From Reclinomonas americana ATCC 50394 (Eukaryota), in contig PS015032.1 in NCBI GenBank assembly GCA_048213135.1, positions 277,409 to 329,024 of the forward strand: a DNA stretch of 51,616 bases. The letters run 5' to 3'. Every line of letters starts with the position of its first letter. The first letter of the stretch is position 1. The position numbers were made by a program, and so were the translations under genes. This document shows, piece after piece, positions 50,597-51,616 of this stretch. Below the pieces are notes generated by a model that worked only from the letters and a program-made list of their open reading frames with translations, searched no databases and was not told the origin of the DNA.

Positions 50597-51567
50597 ATGC
50601 TGCTCTCGCGCGTTCGCCTCGGCGCCTCTGTCGCCACTGGCGCACAAGTCCGCTTCTCCTCTGTTGCGTAGACACACACGCACGGGCACGCATAAGCCAC
50701 CGCAGTCATTGTTTGTTTGTTGAGCGCGTGGCCATTTTCCTCACACGCACACGCACGCACACGCGTTGTGTGTTCTGCACACGTGCGATTCCTTTGCATT
50801 TGTCGTGCATTTGTCTTGTGCTTGATTCTATATCGCGCGTGCCTGCATTGATTATGTATCGGAGATCAAGCATCTCCGTGTCTCGTTGTCTGCATCAGTG
50901 TGCATTCGTCATCTCTCTTTCGCCACCACTGCATTTCCTGTGTGTGTTGCACACATCGTCGTGTCAAACGATGGGAAGAGTGAGAGAGAGCGTGCGAGAG
51001 AGAAACGACACATGACCGACATGTCGCGTGCTGTTTGTTTTTTGTGTTTTTTACAGGAGCTGAAGAAGCGCATGAATGAGATCATCCCGCGTGAGCAAGC
51101 ACGCATCAAGGATGTGAAGCACAAGTACGGCAACAAGGTGCTGGGTGAGGTGACTGTCAACATGTGCTACGGTGGCATGCGCGGTATCACTGGCCTGGTG
51201 TACGAGACGAGCCTGCTCGACGCCAACGAGGGCATTGAGTTCCGCAACTACACCATCCCCGAGTGCCAGAAGCTGCTGCCCAAGGCCCCTGGTGGCGACG
51301 AGCCGCTGCCGGAGGGACTCTTTTGGTTGCTGTGCACGGGAGAGATTCCGACCACGGCCCAGGTCCGCGGTCTGACTGCCGAGCTGCATGCGCGCGACAA
51401 GCTGCCGTCGCACGTCGAGCCGCTCATGCTGAGCCTGCCGTCGGACATGCATCCGATGACCCAGTTCTCCATTGGTATCCTCGCCCTTCAGAAGGATTCG
51501 GTGTTTGCTCAGGCCTACTCCGATGGTGTCAACAAGAAGGAGTACTTCAACTACATGTTTGAGGACG
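50597..51567 (+). CDS. CS: Mitochondrial citrate synthase, 5' part (continues off window)
   Basis: Presequence-like exon 50597-50662 spliced to 51057: YGGMRGI.GLV.ETSLLD..EGI.FR, LPKA.GG.EPLPEGLFWLL.TG.IP and MHPMTQFS. Confidence 0.95.
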
Positions 51568-51616
51568 GTTGCGTACTCTCCCTCTCTCCTCTGTGCGCGT
51601 GCGTGGCGCTCACGCG

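Overview
Gene-dense, intron-rich eukaryotic (flagellate protist-like) scaffold segment with N gaps and microsatellite-rich introns. Gene models below were spliced by hand using GT..AG introns and reading-frame continuity. Recognisable genes: proteasome beta-7 (partial), SF-assemblin, LCMT1, adenylate kinase, peroxisomal glycolate/2-hydroxyacid oxidase, C8orf82-like, PIG-F, NOMO, SMIM7-like and citrate synthase, plus ankyrin/RING and WD40 genes that appear broken by mis-oriented contigs. Two signals stand out. (1) A tandem pair of giant type II membrane proteins (35699-29340 and 29217-16989, minus strand) have Thr/Ser/Gly/Ala/Val-rich ectodomains that look like phage tail-fibre/spike beta-architectures but are fully intronised. 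(2) A common '+1 shifted' 5' splice-site class (N|GTTGCG) is used almost only when the exon does not end in G.
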